This document shows, piece after piece, positions 38,094 to 50,200 of a stretch of 64,000 bases of DNA. Position 1 is the first letter of the stretch. Each line of letters opens with the position of its first letter. Under the pieces are notes generated by a model that saw only the letters and a program-made list of their open reading frames with translations, was not told the DNA's origin and did not search any database. This DNA comes from Pristiophorus japonicus (Eukaryota), in contig NC_091999.1 in the NCBI RefSeq assembly GCF_044704955.1, positions 46,872,001 through 46,936,000 of the forward strand, given 5' to 3'. The position numbers and the translations under genes were made by a program.

Positions 38094-38692
38094 TGTAAAG
38101 GATAAATAGTAAGGTTATAGAAAGGGGGTCAGAATTATGCCGAACGTAGTGAACTTATCAATTGTCGATGTATGTAACACTTGCTTATATCGGTATAACA
38201 CACTTATACGCATTATATTGTAGCTTAACCTTAGTAACACTGAAACAGCCAAAGTCAGCAGTTTTGTTTCAAAGTCGCTGATGAAGAGATAAATAAGCCA
38301 GAACAACCACACTAAGCGTCGGATAGACTGGGGTAGAGGGCAAAATACAATAAAACAATGATGAGAGATGGGCAGTTTCATGTACCACTCAGAGCCCGTC
38401 TGATAAGAGTCGACAAATCACTGTAACTTCGCTGATAGCAATAGACCTTTCGATGATTTTGGAGGAGGATAGCTCCTCTCCAACACCTGTATACATTATG
38501 CTTAAAAATTCTTCTACTTCGGAGGTTCCAAGACTGAACCTTCCCGTTCATTGCTCGTAATAAAACTGGTAAACCTGAGGTTTCGTTTGTTTACTTCCGT
38601 GTTCGTCATACAGTGGGAAGCTGGGCGAGGTGTCGGTTAACTATATCAGTTGGTCCATCCCGAGCGAGAGAAGCCTCTTTTTTACCACAACA
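38094..38692 (+). mobile_element. 3' LTR of ERV-A
   Basis: Begins TGTAAAGG right after the PPT, ends CAACA; aligns with 30040-30638. Confidence 0.9.
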
Positions 38693-40800
38693 GCTCCCCT
38701 CCTCACCCTCCATCTCCTCTCCTCTCTCCTCACGTCTCTCCTCTGCGCACCTCTCTCCTCTCCTCTACCATCTACCCTCCTCTACTCTATTCTCCTCTCC
38801 CACCCTCGCCTCTACCCTCTCCTCTCCCCAGTCCTCCCCTCTAATTCCCTACCCTCTTCACTCCGCTTTCCTCTCCTCTCCTCTCATAACATCCACTATC
38901 CGTTCCACAACTCTCCCCTGCTCAGCTTTCTTCTCCCCTCTCCTCCCCTCGTCTCTCTTTTCCTCCCCTCTCCACTACTCTCCTCCTCTCGCCTCTCCTC
39001 TCCTTCACACTCTTCTCCTCTCCCCTTTGCTCACCTCCTTATCCTTTCATCATCTCTCCTCTCCCCTCTCCTCCCCCATCCTCTCCACTCGGCTCATCCC
39101 TTCTCCCATCTCCTCCTCTCTCCTCTCCACTTCTCTTCTCACCTGTCTTCCCGTTCTCTCCTGTCTCCTCTCCTCTCTCCTCTCCACTCTCCGCAACTCT
39201 CCTTCCCTTTCAGCTGTTCTCCTCAACTCTCTTGTGCCTCATTTTCTCCCCTCTTGCCTACCTATTCCACGCCTCTACTCCATTCTCCCCTCTCCCCTAC
39301 ACAATTCTCCTCCCCTTCCCTCTCCTCCATTCTCCTCTCATCTCCTCTGCTCTCTCATCTCCTGTCTTCCCCGATCCACCCCTATCCTCACCTATCCTCT
39401 CCTCTCTCCTGTTTTCAGGTCGCTTCTCTGTCCACTCTCCTCTCTCCTCTCCACTCGTCTCCACTCCAATCATCGCGACTCCTCTCCCCTAAATTCTCCC
39501 CTCCGCTCCTCACCCCTCTCCTCTCCTCCTCACCTATTCTCCCCTTTCATTTTAACTCCTCTCCTCACTTGTTTCCTCTGATGTTCTCTCCTCTCCTCTC
39601 CTTCCCGCTCCTCTCCTTCCCTCTGCTCTCCTGTACCCTGTCTAGTCCTCTCTTCTCCACTTCTCTCCTCCCCCTCCTACACTCTCCTCCCCTCTGCCCT
39701 CCTTTCCTCTACCCTCTTTTCACCTCCTCCTCTCATGCACTGTCTTCTCTCTTCTCTTCTCTCCCCTAACTCCCTCCCCTCTTCTCCACTCACCTCTACT
39801 CCCCTCTCCGTTACCCACTCTTCTATCCTCTCCTGCCCTCGCTTCTAAACTCCTCCCTTGTCCCCTCTCTTCTCCTCTCCTCTCCTCTAATCTACTACCT
39901 CCTCTCTCCACTCTGCTTTCATCTTTTCTCTCCTATCCTCTCATCTCCTCTATTCTCCTCTCCATTGCTCGAATCTCCACAGCTCTTCTCTCCTTCACTC
40001 TCCTCTCCGCTTCCCCTCTCTTCTCCCCTCTCCTCCCCTCCCTTCTCATCTCTTCTCGCCCATGCTCTCCCCACTCTCTTCCTCTCCTCTCCTCTGTTGG
40101 TCTCTCCTCTGCTCTCCCACTGCCCTTCCCCTCTCCTCTGCTCTACTCTCCTTCTCTCTCATCATCTCTCACCTCTCCACTTCTCTCCATTCCTCCCTTC
40201 TCTCCTACGCTCCTCTCCTCCTCTCCCCGCTACTCTCATCTCTCTTCTGTCGCCTACCTTCTCCCCACCTCTACTCCACTCTCCTCTCCACCCCTCTACC
40301 CTACAATCTCATCTCCACTCACCTCGCCTCTCCTTTCCTCGCATCCCTCTCCTCTCCCCTACCTTCTCCTCACCTCTATTCCACTCTCCTCTCCATCCAT
40401 CTCCCCTACACTATCATCTCCTTTCCCCTCCTCTCCTCTCTTCCGCTCTCCTATCTTCTCTTCAACTCTCCTCTGCTTTCCTCTACTCATCTCTGCTCTG
40501 CTCTCCTCTGCTCGCCTCTCTACTTCCCCTTTCATCTATCCTATCCTCCACTAACCTCTCCTCCCCTTCCTGCTCATCTTCATTCTTTCCTTCTCCCACC
40601 TCTCCTCTCACCTCCTATCATCTACTCTGCTCTGCTGTCTTCTCCACTCCACGCATCTCCTCTCCTCACCTCTGCTCTCCTATTCCCCTCCTCTCCTCTC
40701 CTCCACACTCATCTCCTCTCGTCTACTTCCCTCCCACCTCATGTCATCTCTCTTCTCCTCTCCTCACCTCTCTGCTCCTTTCATCTCTATTCCTCACCTC
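38693..40800 (+). repeat. ~2.1-kb polypyrimidine tract, degenerate (CTCTC/CTCCT)n
   Basis: Almost entirely C/T on the plus strand. Confidence 0.95.
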
Positions 40801-40909
40801 CAGTCTCTACATTCCCTGCTCTGAGGAAAATAAACGATTTGATGGCGTGTGACTGTCAGTATGGCATCGGTCGCCATGAATCCTTAATGACCATTGTAAT
40901 AATAGCACA

Positions 40910-41310
40910 CGCGTATCCTTACTGACCAATATGTTATCTGTCCCCATGTGCCCTGACTGACCACTGTATTATCTGTCCCCATGAACCGTTACTGACCAAT
41001 ATATTATCTGCACCATGTCCCCTTACTGACCACTGTATTACCTGTCCCCATGTATCCTTACTCACAATTATATTAACAGTCACCATGTACGCTTACTGAC
41101 GATTGTATTATCAGTCCCCATGTACCCTTACTAACCACTGTATTATCAGTCCCCATGTACCCTTACTGACAATTGTATTATCAGTCCTCATGTACCATTA
41201 TTGACCAATATATTATCTGCCCCATGTACCCTTACTAACCACTGTATTATCAGTCCCCATGTATCCTTAATTTGAACTGTACTGTCAGTCCCCGTGTATG
41301 TTACTGACAT
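40910..41310 (+). repeat. 35-bp minisatellite (about 11 copies)
   Basis: TGTACCCTTACTGACCACTGTATTATCAGTCCCCA; period 35 (41121 to 41156). Confidence 0.9.
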
Positions 41311-41668
41311 TTACTTAGCCTGCCTCTATCCTTCCATTTGTTTTATTTCACTTGTGTTACCCCGAGAAGTGAATTGAAAATCTGAAATTACAGAGCTATT
41401 TTACATCTCAGTAATAATAGAAACTCCTTAAATTAAGCTGCTCCCTTCACATGCATGCTGTGATTCTGTGGAGTTAACTATTTCTGCTTTTACCAATAGT
41501 GCTTGGTTTTGGATAAAGTTTTTTGATCTGAAAGCCACGTTGCTTTTAAGATATTTTGCAATTGAAAGTGATGCAAAGAAAAGGTTCGGACAACTTGTTT
41601 ATTCAGTGACTGTGATTAATATCCTTCAGTATGCAGTTTAATTGTCTCACTGGAGAGTTCCCTCAGGC

Positions 41669-41676
41669 TATAAATA
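41669..41676 (+). promoter_or_regulatory. TATA box upstream of the GPCR gene
   Basis: TATAAATA ~90 bp upstream of ATG 41767. Confidence 0.55.
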
Positions 41677-41766
41677 GGTATTTGTTTTCAGTCTATACAG
41701 CAATGTTTGACTGAAGTTGTTGTTTAAAACGAACAGCGCTCATTGGAGCTCACAGAAAGTCAAGTC

Positions 41767-44516
41767 ATGTTCTGGGAGATTCCAACTCAGCTTTGGATCC
41801 TGTGGGCACTTTTGGATGTAGAACGTATTTATTACCCGCTCCTCGCTGCTGTTGGTGTTCCTGGTGAGTCCTTCATCTGCAATAATTTATGTAACCCATG
41901 TTTCTCTGTATTTGCTGTCCTTGTCCTTTAGTTCTAGTTATTAATTGTATTCAATTTAACCCTCTTGTTCTTTGTCTGGCAATGCAAAGAAGTTTCTGTC
42001 ATGTAATGTTTGATCGTTTGTTAATTCGCTGCTCCCAGTTCAATGAACAGTATGTTGTTTCCACAACTTGCTTCCAGTGATAGTGGTTTACAGGATTTGA
42101 GAGAAATTTGATTTTATTGACACAGATATGTTAGTGAACGATTATATTATTGAACAGCTTGCAATCAGCTTTCTGCACTGATGCCCAGTGTTGGATAATA
42201 AATATGTGTTCAGCGGCAACAAGTGTTTTAAGGTCCACTGGTTATTGTTAATGACACTGATCTGTGGAAATCAGCGTTGAGAGATCCTTCACAAATACAC
42301 TGAGATATGAGACATTATTCACTAATGATTCAGCTTTAGACAGTTGTCGTAATTTCCACCGCCTCCCGCTCTGCCTCACAATCACTAATTCCAGATGATC
42401 AGGACAGGGTTAAAACTGCAATACGTCTTCCAGTAAAATGTTTATTCAGTTGTGTTTGAATTGATTTATTTCCCTTATTCAGCCACAGTTCAGGAGAGCT
42501 CGGGGTGGGCCGCACGGTAGCAACTATTCAAAATGGAGCATTATATTGTGAAATATTTTGATATTTCAAGTCTCAAACTCTCTCTGTCTACTGGAAGTCT
42601 GTAATTTACTCACACCAGGTGAAAGGCAGTTGGTTGACACAGTTCCAGCTGTAAACAGACACGTTCGTAAAGCGACAGTCCCTTCTTTAAAGATTATTTG
42701 CAATATTCGTGGAAAGTCAGCTTAAGCCAGTTACAAAGTGTACTTTCAAAACAATGGTTGGAAAGGTTCTGATTTCGACACATAATACATTTCAAGTCAT
42801 CTTCTTCAGCTTACGACACAACCGCAGTAACCTCGCCAAAGACTGCATTCCCCTCTCAGCCACAGATTTCATTCCCCAACTTGGCCACAGACTCCATTCC
42901 CCTCACTGTACACAGATTCGATTCCCCTTCGTGGACAAAGAATCGATTCCTCTCCTTGGCCACATACTCCATTCCCCTCCCTGTCACAGACTCCATTCCT
43001 TTCCTTGGCCACAGACTGCATTCCCTCCCTTGGCCCCCAATTACATTCTCCTCCCTGGACACAGATTTCATCCCCCTCGCTGTCCCCATACTACATTCCC
43101 ATCCCTGGAAAATGACTCTATTCCCCTCAATGGTCGCAGGCTGTTCACAAATTCGCGGCTTATTGTGCTGAATTATTGCTCCCTCTGACTTGGATATGGC
43201 GTGATATCAGAGTCTCATTCGGAGCTTTATACACCTGGCAAAAGTCCAATACATTAATTCTTTCAGTCATGACCCAGCACCCACACATCACATCCACCGC
43301 TTCATTCACTCCCTGTCACAACACCCAAACATCCCATACATGGCACATTCAGTCCAGAGCCAACACCCACACGTCCCATATAGTGGTTCTTTCAATAACT
43401 GTGCCAAACACCACACATCCCATCCGCTGGTGTAATCAGTCCTGTCCCAAACAGCACACGTCTCATCCGATTATTTCATCAGTCCTGACCCAAATACCAC
43501 AAGTCCCAATGGCTGGTTCATATAATCCTGACTCATTTCACACATAATACTTTGAGACAGCTGTTGTTGCTCTCAATCTGAAATATAAATTCCCTCTTTT
43601 TCTCTTTCTTACAGTGAACTTAGTGACGATAATGATCCTGTCTCAAGGAAGGTGCGGTCTCTCCAAGTGTGTCACCCGTTACCTGGTGGCAATGGCAGCG
43701 GCGGATCTACTGGTCGTTATCCTCGACCTGATATTCAGGCAGATTGCTATTCGTTATTCAACCGTGTTTGTGTTCATGTGGAAGGTTAATGTTTGTAATA
43801 TCCATGCCATCCTGCTTTACGCAGTCACGGACTGTTCCGTCTGGTTCACAGTTGCTTTTACCTTTGATCGATGTATAGCCATTTGTTGTCAGAAGCTCAA
43901 AACCAAATACTGCACCGAGAAAACGGCGATTGTGGCTGTGGGAACAGTGAGTGCGCTGTTCTGTGTAAAGAACACTTTCTGGTACTTTATGTATGGAGGT
44001 ATGTATAATATTTCCAATAGTCCCTGGTTTTGTTTTGTTCGATTGGAAGTCTATGAGTCAGTATCATGGGCAGTAATTGAATTCCTTCATTATATTATAA
44101 CACCGTTTATTCCATTTGTTCTGATCCTTCTGCTCAATACTTTAACTGTCAGACACGTTTTAGTGTCGAGCAGAGCCCGCAGGAGACTCAGGGCCCACAG
44201 CAGTGGGGAGAGTCCCAGTGACCCAGAGATGGAGAAGCGAAGGAAATCCATCATATTACTGTTTGTTATATCCGGCAATTTTATCATCTTATGGGCAGTG
44301 TTTCTGTTGTATTCTGTGGTTGAACGATTGTATTCGTTAAACGTTATTCCTGTATCTCTACCTAGATATGTACAGGAAATGGGATTAAAGCTTCAGCTCC
44401 TGAGTTGCTGCACCAACACATGTACTTATGCCGTGACCCAGACGAAATTCAGAGAGGAGTTGAAGAATGTGGTGAAATATCCCTTTACTGTAATTGTTAA
44501 ATGCATTAAATTATAA
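41767..44516 (+). CDS. GPR139-like: Rhodopsin-family GPCR of the GPR139/GPR142-like group; two exons (41767-41863, 43615-44516), 332 aa
   Basis: Exon 1: MFWEIPTQLWILWALLDVERIYYPLLAAVGVP G|GTGAGT. Exon 2: TTACAG|TG AAC: NLVTIMILSQGRCGLSKCVTRYLVAMAAADLLV..TDCSVWFTVAFTFDRCIAICC..KYCTEK..PFIPF..LNTL..ISGNFIILW..LLSCCTNTCTYAVTQTKFREEL. Seven hydrophobic segments, phase-consistent splice and no stops. Confidence 0.9.
42835..43135 (+). repeat. ~25-bp intronic minisatellite
   Basis: CACAGACTCCATTCCCCTCCTTGGC-like units. Confidence 0.8.
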
Positions 44517-45689
44517 GAATCACACAATGTTTTGGGCGGGTGTTCTGCCCAATCCGCTCATCTCTGTGATATACACAGAGTGAGGCATGTTTTGATCTTT
44601 CACTGCGCGGATTCAGCGACTCACAAAAATGGTAGAGGTGGGGAAGTCCACGGAGATCAGTCCCGTTGGACTCCTGCAGGTTTTATCCCCGCTAAGACGT
44701 CTGCTGCGGTCTCGGACGGGTTTATAAAGCTCCCGACCGCCAGGCTCGTGTCAGATGTGTTTACCCAAAGGGAGCGGCACGGAGAAGGTGGCTCTGTTAC
44801 TTTTCAGTCCACGGGCGGAAGGGCCGCTCAGTCCCCAGCACTCCCAGGGAAAGCTGGGGGGAAATGGCCTGGGACCAAACAACAGCCAGGGAGGCAAGGT
44901 TTCAAAGGCTCAAAGGTCAGTGCTTTCATCCTTTTGCAGGCTCCTTGTGTTTTTCTCCCAGTGGGGTTTAACCTGAGCAGCCCCAGCGCCCGGTGATAGC
45001 GACGTATCCTTGTTTCAGATAATCTACCTTTGGGATTAACGGGCCTCCTGCAGACGAAGTATATTCCAGTGAAATTCACAACTATAACATTCCTTTGTAA
45101 GTTTGCCTGAACAATGCGGTGAGCTGCAGGATGAAGTGTTCCCCGCACACACTCAACACACATTAAACTCAGCTCCTCCTCACTCTCTGTAAAATCTCCT
45201 TGCTAAACATAGCCCATAATATGCAGTGTTCAGGGAGGGTGGTAACGAGCTTTGTTGCTCGGTATTGCAGTATGTGTGATGTAATAAAGCAGGGAAACTC
45301 ACATGACACTGTGCCTGAGTATTGTGACATCACAGACCTGCCCTTCTGACCATGCCCTGGTCTGTGGTTGACCCAAAATTGCATTTCAGACATCCCTTCT
45401 CCTTCACACATTACTTTACATACAGTTACTTAATGTCTGCAGCAGAGAAATAGGCCAGTCGGTGCTCGCGGCTGCAAACTGGTCTGAGGCTGTTCCCCTG
45501 AGGTTTCCCTGGGGGTGCTGGGAGTTAGCAGCCCATCTGCCTGTGGACTGCAAATTTACAGAGCGACCTTCCCCACCCCGACCCTTTCGGCCCAGCAAAG
45601 CATGTCAGAGCTTACTCTATCACCACATCATGATCTTAAACGGAGTGCACAAAGAGAGTTTAAAACTTGGGAACGTAGAGAAAGTGAGA

Positions 45690-47200
45690 TTCAGTGGTAA
45701 GTCCGTGGTGAGTCTGGCTGAGTATTAGCTGTAAAAAGGGACATTTCGATTAACGTTTTGAATTGAACTTAGAACTTTAAATACAGAAGTTAGCAGAAAC
45801 TGCCTGTTAGTGGTAGTTAACTATCAGTCAGCTGTAAGTGTTAGTCTTAAATATGTGCTAATTACTGCGAGCAATGGGCATGGAGCTGAGACAGCACTTG
45901 TAACTTGTGTGTGGCTCCAAAGATATAAAACTAAACACTAACTGCTGATGCACAGTGTGTTCTGCACAGTGATATTAAACGGAATTTGGTGAGAGTTTGA
46001 ATGGGAACAGTGGTTGAAGGAGGTGCTGCTTTGGCCTCCAAAATACAGCAGGTTGATGAACGTTTGGAGAGTATTACCTTTTTTCTCGAAGCTTGGTCCA
46101 CACTAAGACCTGGGAGCAATAACAATACTTTATTAAATTAATAATTTAACTATAATTACTAATTAATTAATATAATTATAAATAACCATTGAATAAAAAC
46201 TAAGTAATTAAATTAATTCAGTGTGTAATAAGCAAATAAATTTATAAAAAATAACTAAAGATGGCAGGGTAGGCAATGAGACGAGACTGTAGTGTGTGTG
46301 AGTTTGTGGACATCAAATCTGTCCCACATTCCCACATCTGCAATAAATGTGTATTCTTTATTCGCTCTGGCTCAGGGTAATTGGGCTGGAGTGCGAGTTC
46401 GACACACTCTGAAACACACAGGAGGAGTGATTTAATCCAGAAAACAGTCACATCCCACAGAAAAGCGCAGGTTCAGGAAAGTCCGTGGCTGATTGGGTGT
46501 CGTGTGGCGAGAACTGAGGAGAGGCTGAGAATGAGACAATGCTCCTGCCCAACGATAGGGATAAAGATTGCGTGGAGGACATCCACAATACATACCAAGG
46601 TACGTGGCTCACAATGTTGTCCACAGACAGAGATAGGAAGAAATATTAAACAACTACTTTGCATCAGTATTTATCAGGGAGTCAACACATGTGGACATGA
46701 TATTGGATGATATTAGAAATGAAATAACTGCATTTAAAATAACAAGAGTAAAATATTATATAAACTAATCAAACCGAAAATGGATAAAATGCCGGCTTCG
46801 GACAAATTACATCGAGGGAAGAGATAGCAGAGGCATTAATAAACATATTCATTATTTCGCTAGAATAAAGTGCAGTGCCAGAGGATTGGCAGATACCTAA
46901 TGTAATACCAATTTTTAAGAAGTGAGGTAGAACGTGTCTGAGGAACTATAGTCCAGTTAACTTAACGTCGTTGGGAGGATAAATAATGGATTCCCTACTA
47001 AAGGAGAAAGTGGAAGAACAACTAGAATCCAAAAATGAATAGTCAGCATGGATTATAAAAGGGAAAGTCTTGAATTGACCAAATTATTTGAATTTTTCGA
47101 AGAAGTAACAGATAGCGTAAACTAACGTAATGTAGTAGATGTAATTTATCTAGATTTCCAAAGGCCTTCGATAAGATATCCCATAATAGACTGAAAGGGC
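45690..47200 (+). mobile_element. Internally deleted CR1 (5' region, ORF1 Zn-finger start, RT pieces)
   Basis: 46261 ATG..CSVCEFVDIKSVPHSHICNKC (CR1 ORF1 N-terminal Zn finger). RT remnants include LKQLLCISIY/YFASVF-like, VPEDWQIPNVIPIFKK and VDVIYLDFQ. Confidence 0.75.
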
Positions 47201-47236
47201 AGATGACAAATCGTAATTCCAATTAATAATAATAAT

Positions 47237-50200
47237 TGTGATGTTTTAAAATGGAGTTAACAGATTTTTAAAATGGATCCCACAGCCTGTTTTTCAGATT
47301 GTGAGAAGCATGTGTGGGATGCCTTCCACAGAGGAGCAGATGTTCCAATTCATAGAGCAAAGGCCTTGGGAGCTGGGCACAGACACAGATAACATAGAAT
47401 TTGAATTCTGTCATAAGATACAAGTTAAGTAAAAAGAATCATAACAACATGTATCCTGAATTACTAATTAAACATATAGAGGCCTGATTGGAGGAAGCAA
47501 CCTACCAGATAATCATGTATTAATCAATCAGCACATATTAATTGTAACTTGCATAATTAAGTAAGACTATAATCTGAAACTGTATAAAATAAGATGTCTC
47601 TGGCAGTTTCTCTGAGCATTCATTCAAGGATAGCTCAACTGGCAGCTTGTATCTTTTATTAATAAAAACTGCATTTACTTTAAGGCAAATGGACTCCGAG
47701 TATGGTTTGAAGTTAACTCTAACAACGTGGCGCAGTCAGCAGGATCTACTGGACGGGCAGATTAGACTCAAAAAGCCAAACCAACCGAATAACAAGTGAG
47801 TAGAGAATTACCTTGAGAAATTCTCCTCGCAAAGTAACGAGAGATCCAACGAATCTGAGGTAGAGTCCATGCAGCCAGTAAATCCAGTTGAGGGGCGCGT
47901 CAGGACACTGTAAATAAAGACTGTAAGTTTTGGTACAAAAAGTACGTATACAGGAAAAGAGCTTCAGTGTAAATAGTCCCACATAAGTAAAAGCGGAAAA
48001 ACAGCACTAGGTAAAAAGCCTTGGTTTAAAAAGTTCTGCTTAAGTAAAGATGGTAAAAGAGGAACTGGGGAAAAAGCCCCAATGTATGAAATGGCAAAGG
48101 AATCTGCCAAGGCCCTTGGACGGCTGAGGTATAAACTACCAGAATAGTTTCTGAGAGATAAATCTGAAAAGCTCATGAAGATGGTTAAGGCAGGATATGA
48201 TGAAGGGAAAAAGATCATTTTAAAAGCCGAAAAGATGAATAGAAAGATACCCGAAGGTGAGATGGAAAGAGAAAGTGACAAAAGACCACAGGATGTAAGT
48301 ATAAAAATAGATATAGATGACAGAAGGGAATGGACAGAGGAATTTGGCCCAAATTTGTATCCCCCACTAATAGGGTTATGATTAGGACCTGAGGAAAATA
48401 AAGTAATGATTGGGGGCCAGAAGGCTCGCTTAGTAGATATTTTCCCGAAGTCCACAACAAAAACTATTATGACTTTCTTAAGTGAAGTATGGATACAAAA
48501 ATAGAGCCGGCCAAACAATAAGCTTTGTTGAATGAAGAGAGATTTTTGGGATTGTCTGTCTTTGAATGAAAGTGCTTGTGTGATTTTGGACTTCGGAATA
48601 TTTGAGTTGGGAGTTAATGAATTTTTCATGTGTCTGAAAGCCTGCTTCAGAAAGTGGTAGAGCTATCTGTTGTTATGGCCCCAACCACTTTTTCAGACAG
48701 AGTTAATTTGTTTTAACCCTTTGCAGTGTTGTCCTGTATGAAGGAAGTTTTAAGAAAGTGTGAACCTAGAATTGAATTACATTTTAATTTAGAAACCCAG
48801 GTGTGGATTTATTCAGATGATATGTTATGGAGCTAGGAAATGCACAAAGGATAGGTTTGTTGAGCAAAAGATAAAAAATGTGTGGTCCCGATGGTTTAAA
48901 AAAAAAATTTCGACACGCTCATTTGTCAAAAGAAAACATGTAATCATTGATTACATTTGTTTGAAAGACAATACATTTAGTCTAGGAACGAGATAAAGAA
49001 TGGAGAAGGTAAATTGTAATGCCTTAGAAAAGAATCCTGCATGGGTGTCTCAAGGCTGCGTGCTTGGGAAGTACGCCCCCATATTTCTTTTTGTAAAATC
49101 ATGATACGAAAGCTTCGAGCTCAGTAAAAAGATTTTTAAATAAAAGATTGGCATATTTGAGTTGGGATTTTGAGATATTTCTGGTGATTCTCCTTGATAA
49201 ACATTTTGGTTGTATTGGAAAATCTTGGGTTTGGAAAGACTTTTAATAAAAGTAAACATACTGCGTCAGACGCTGAAGCTCAAAAAGATTAAATTTATGA
49301 GATACTGTATCACAAAATTGAAGTTACAACGCAAAAGATTAGAGTTTTTGATGTTCATCTTCTAAAACAGAAGTTTGGCACGTAATTATAAAACAAGTAC
49401 TTTGCATTCTGTGATCTATGAATCACTACAAAGCATAAATGATAAGTCCGATTAAAAAACAGTATTACCATATTTGACATTTCATAATCCAACAAAAAAT
49501 ACAAATACTACAAAAGGGGAGCAGAAATCAGGATGGGAGCAGTGAGTAGTTAATTTTGTTGTGAATATTTCAAGTACCACTGTTTAAGAAAATACACAAC
49601 AAAATGAAATACATTTAACATAAAAAGTTAAATCTGATCTCATTAAAAAAAAATAAAACTATAATGTTTGAAAACAATATAGAAATACCTTCAGGGATCA
49701 GGTCAAACTCCTGGGCAAGTGGGGAGCTATCTGCGAAAGTTAAAAGGAATTTTGAAAAAAATTAAATGTTAAAACGGCAGGCTTTAGCAGTTTAGAACAA
49801 AGGAAAATATAAGTTGAACTTGTGACTTAAGATACAGTGATTGAAGAACCACAGAAAGTGAGACATAAAGGCTTTGAAACTGGAACATTTGAGATAACGG
49901 AAAGCAACAATCAAAGCCTCCGTGCTAGACTCTGTTCCAGTTATGGAAAAATCATTTAAGATAACGGAAAGCAGGATTTAAAGTAAATCCCAAAAAGGCA
50001 AAAATCGGACAAGCTGTGGTACAGTACCTGGGACATGAAATATCCCAAGGAACTCGGACCATGTCCAATGACAGGAAGGAGAACATTAGGATTATGCCCC
50101 GATCAAAACCAGCCTGAGGGGTTTGTAAGGTACTGGGGTTCTTTAGCTATTGCAGGAATTTTGTGCCTTACCACAGCAATTGCAGAACCAATACAGTGGC

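Noticed and set aside
38613-40925. Several 280-380 aa Ser/Pro/Leu-rich ORFs
   Set aside because: A C/T-only tract cannot encode stops; low-complexity artefacts.
44090-44996. Antisense ORF 44090-44287 and downstream ORF 44532-44996
   Set aside because: The first is a shadow ORF of the GPCR and the second is GC-rich repeat-derived sequence; no recognisable domain.
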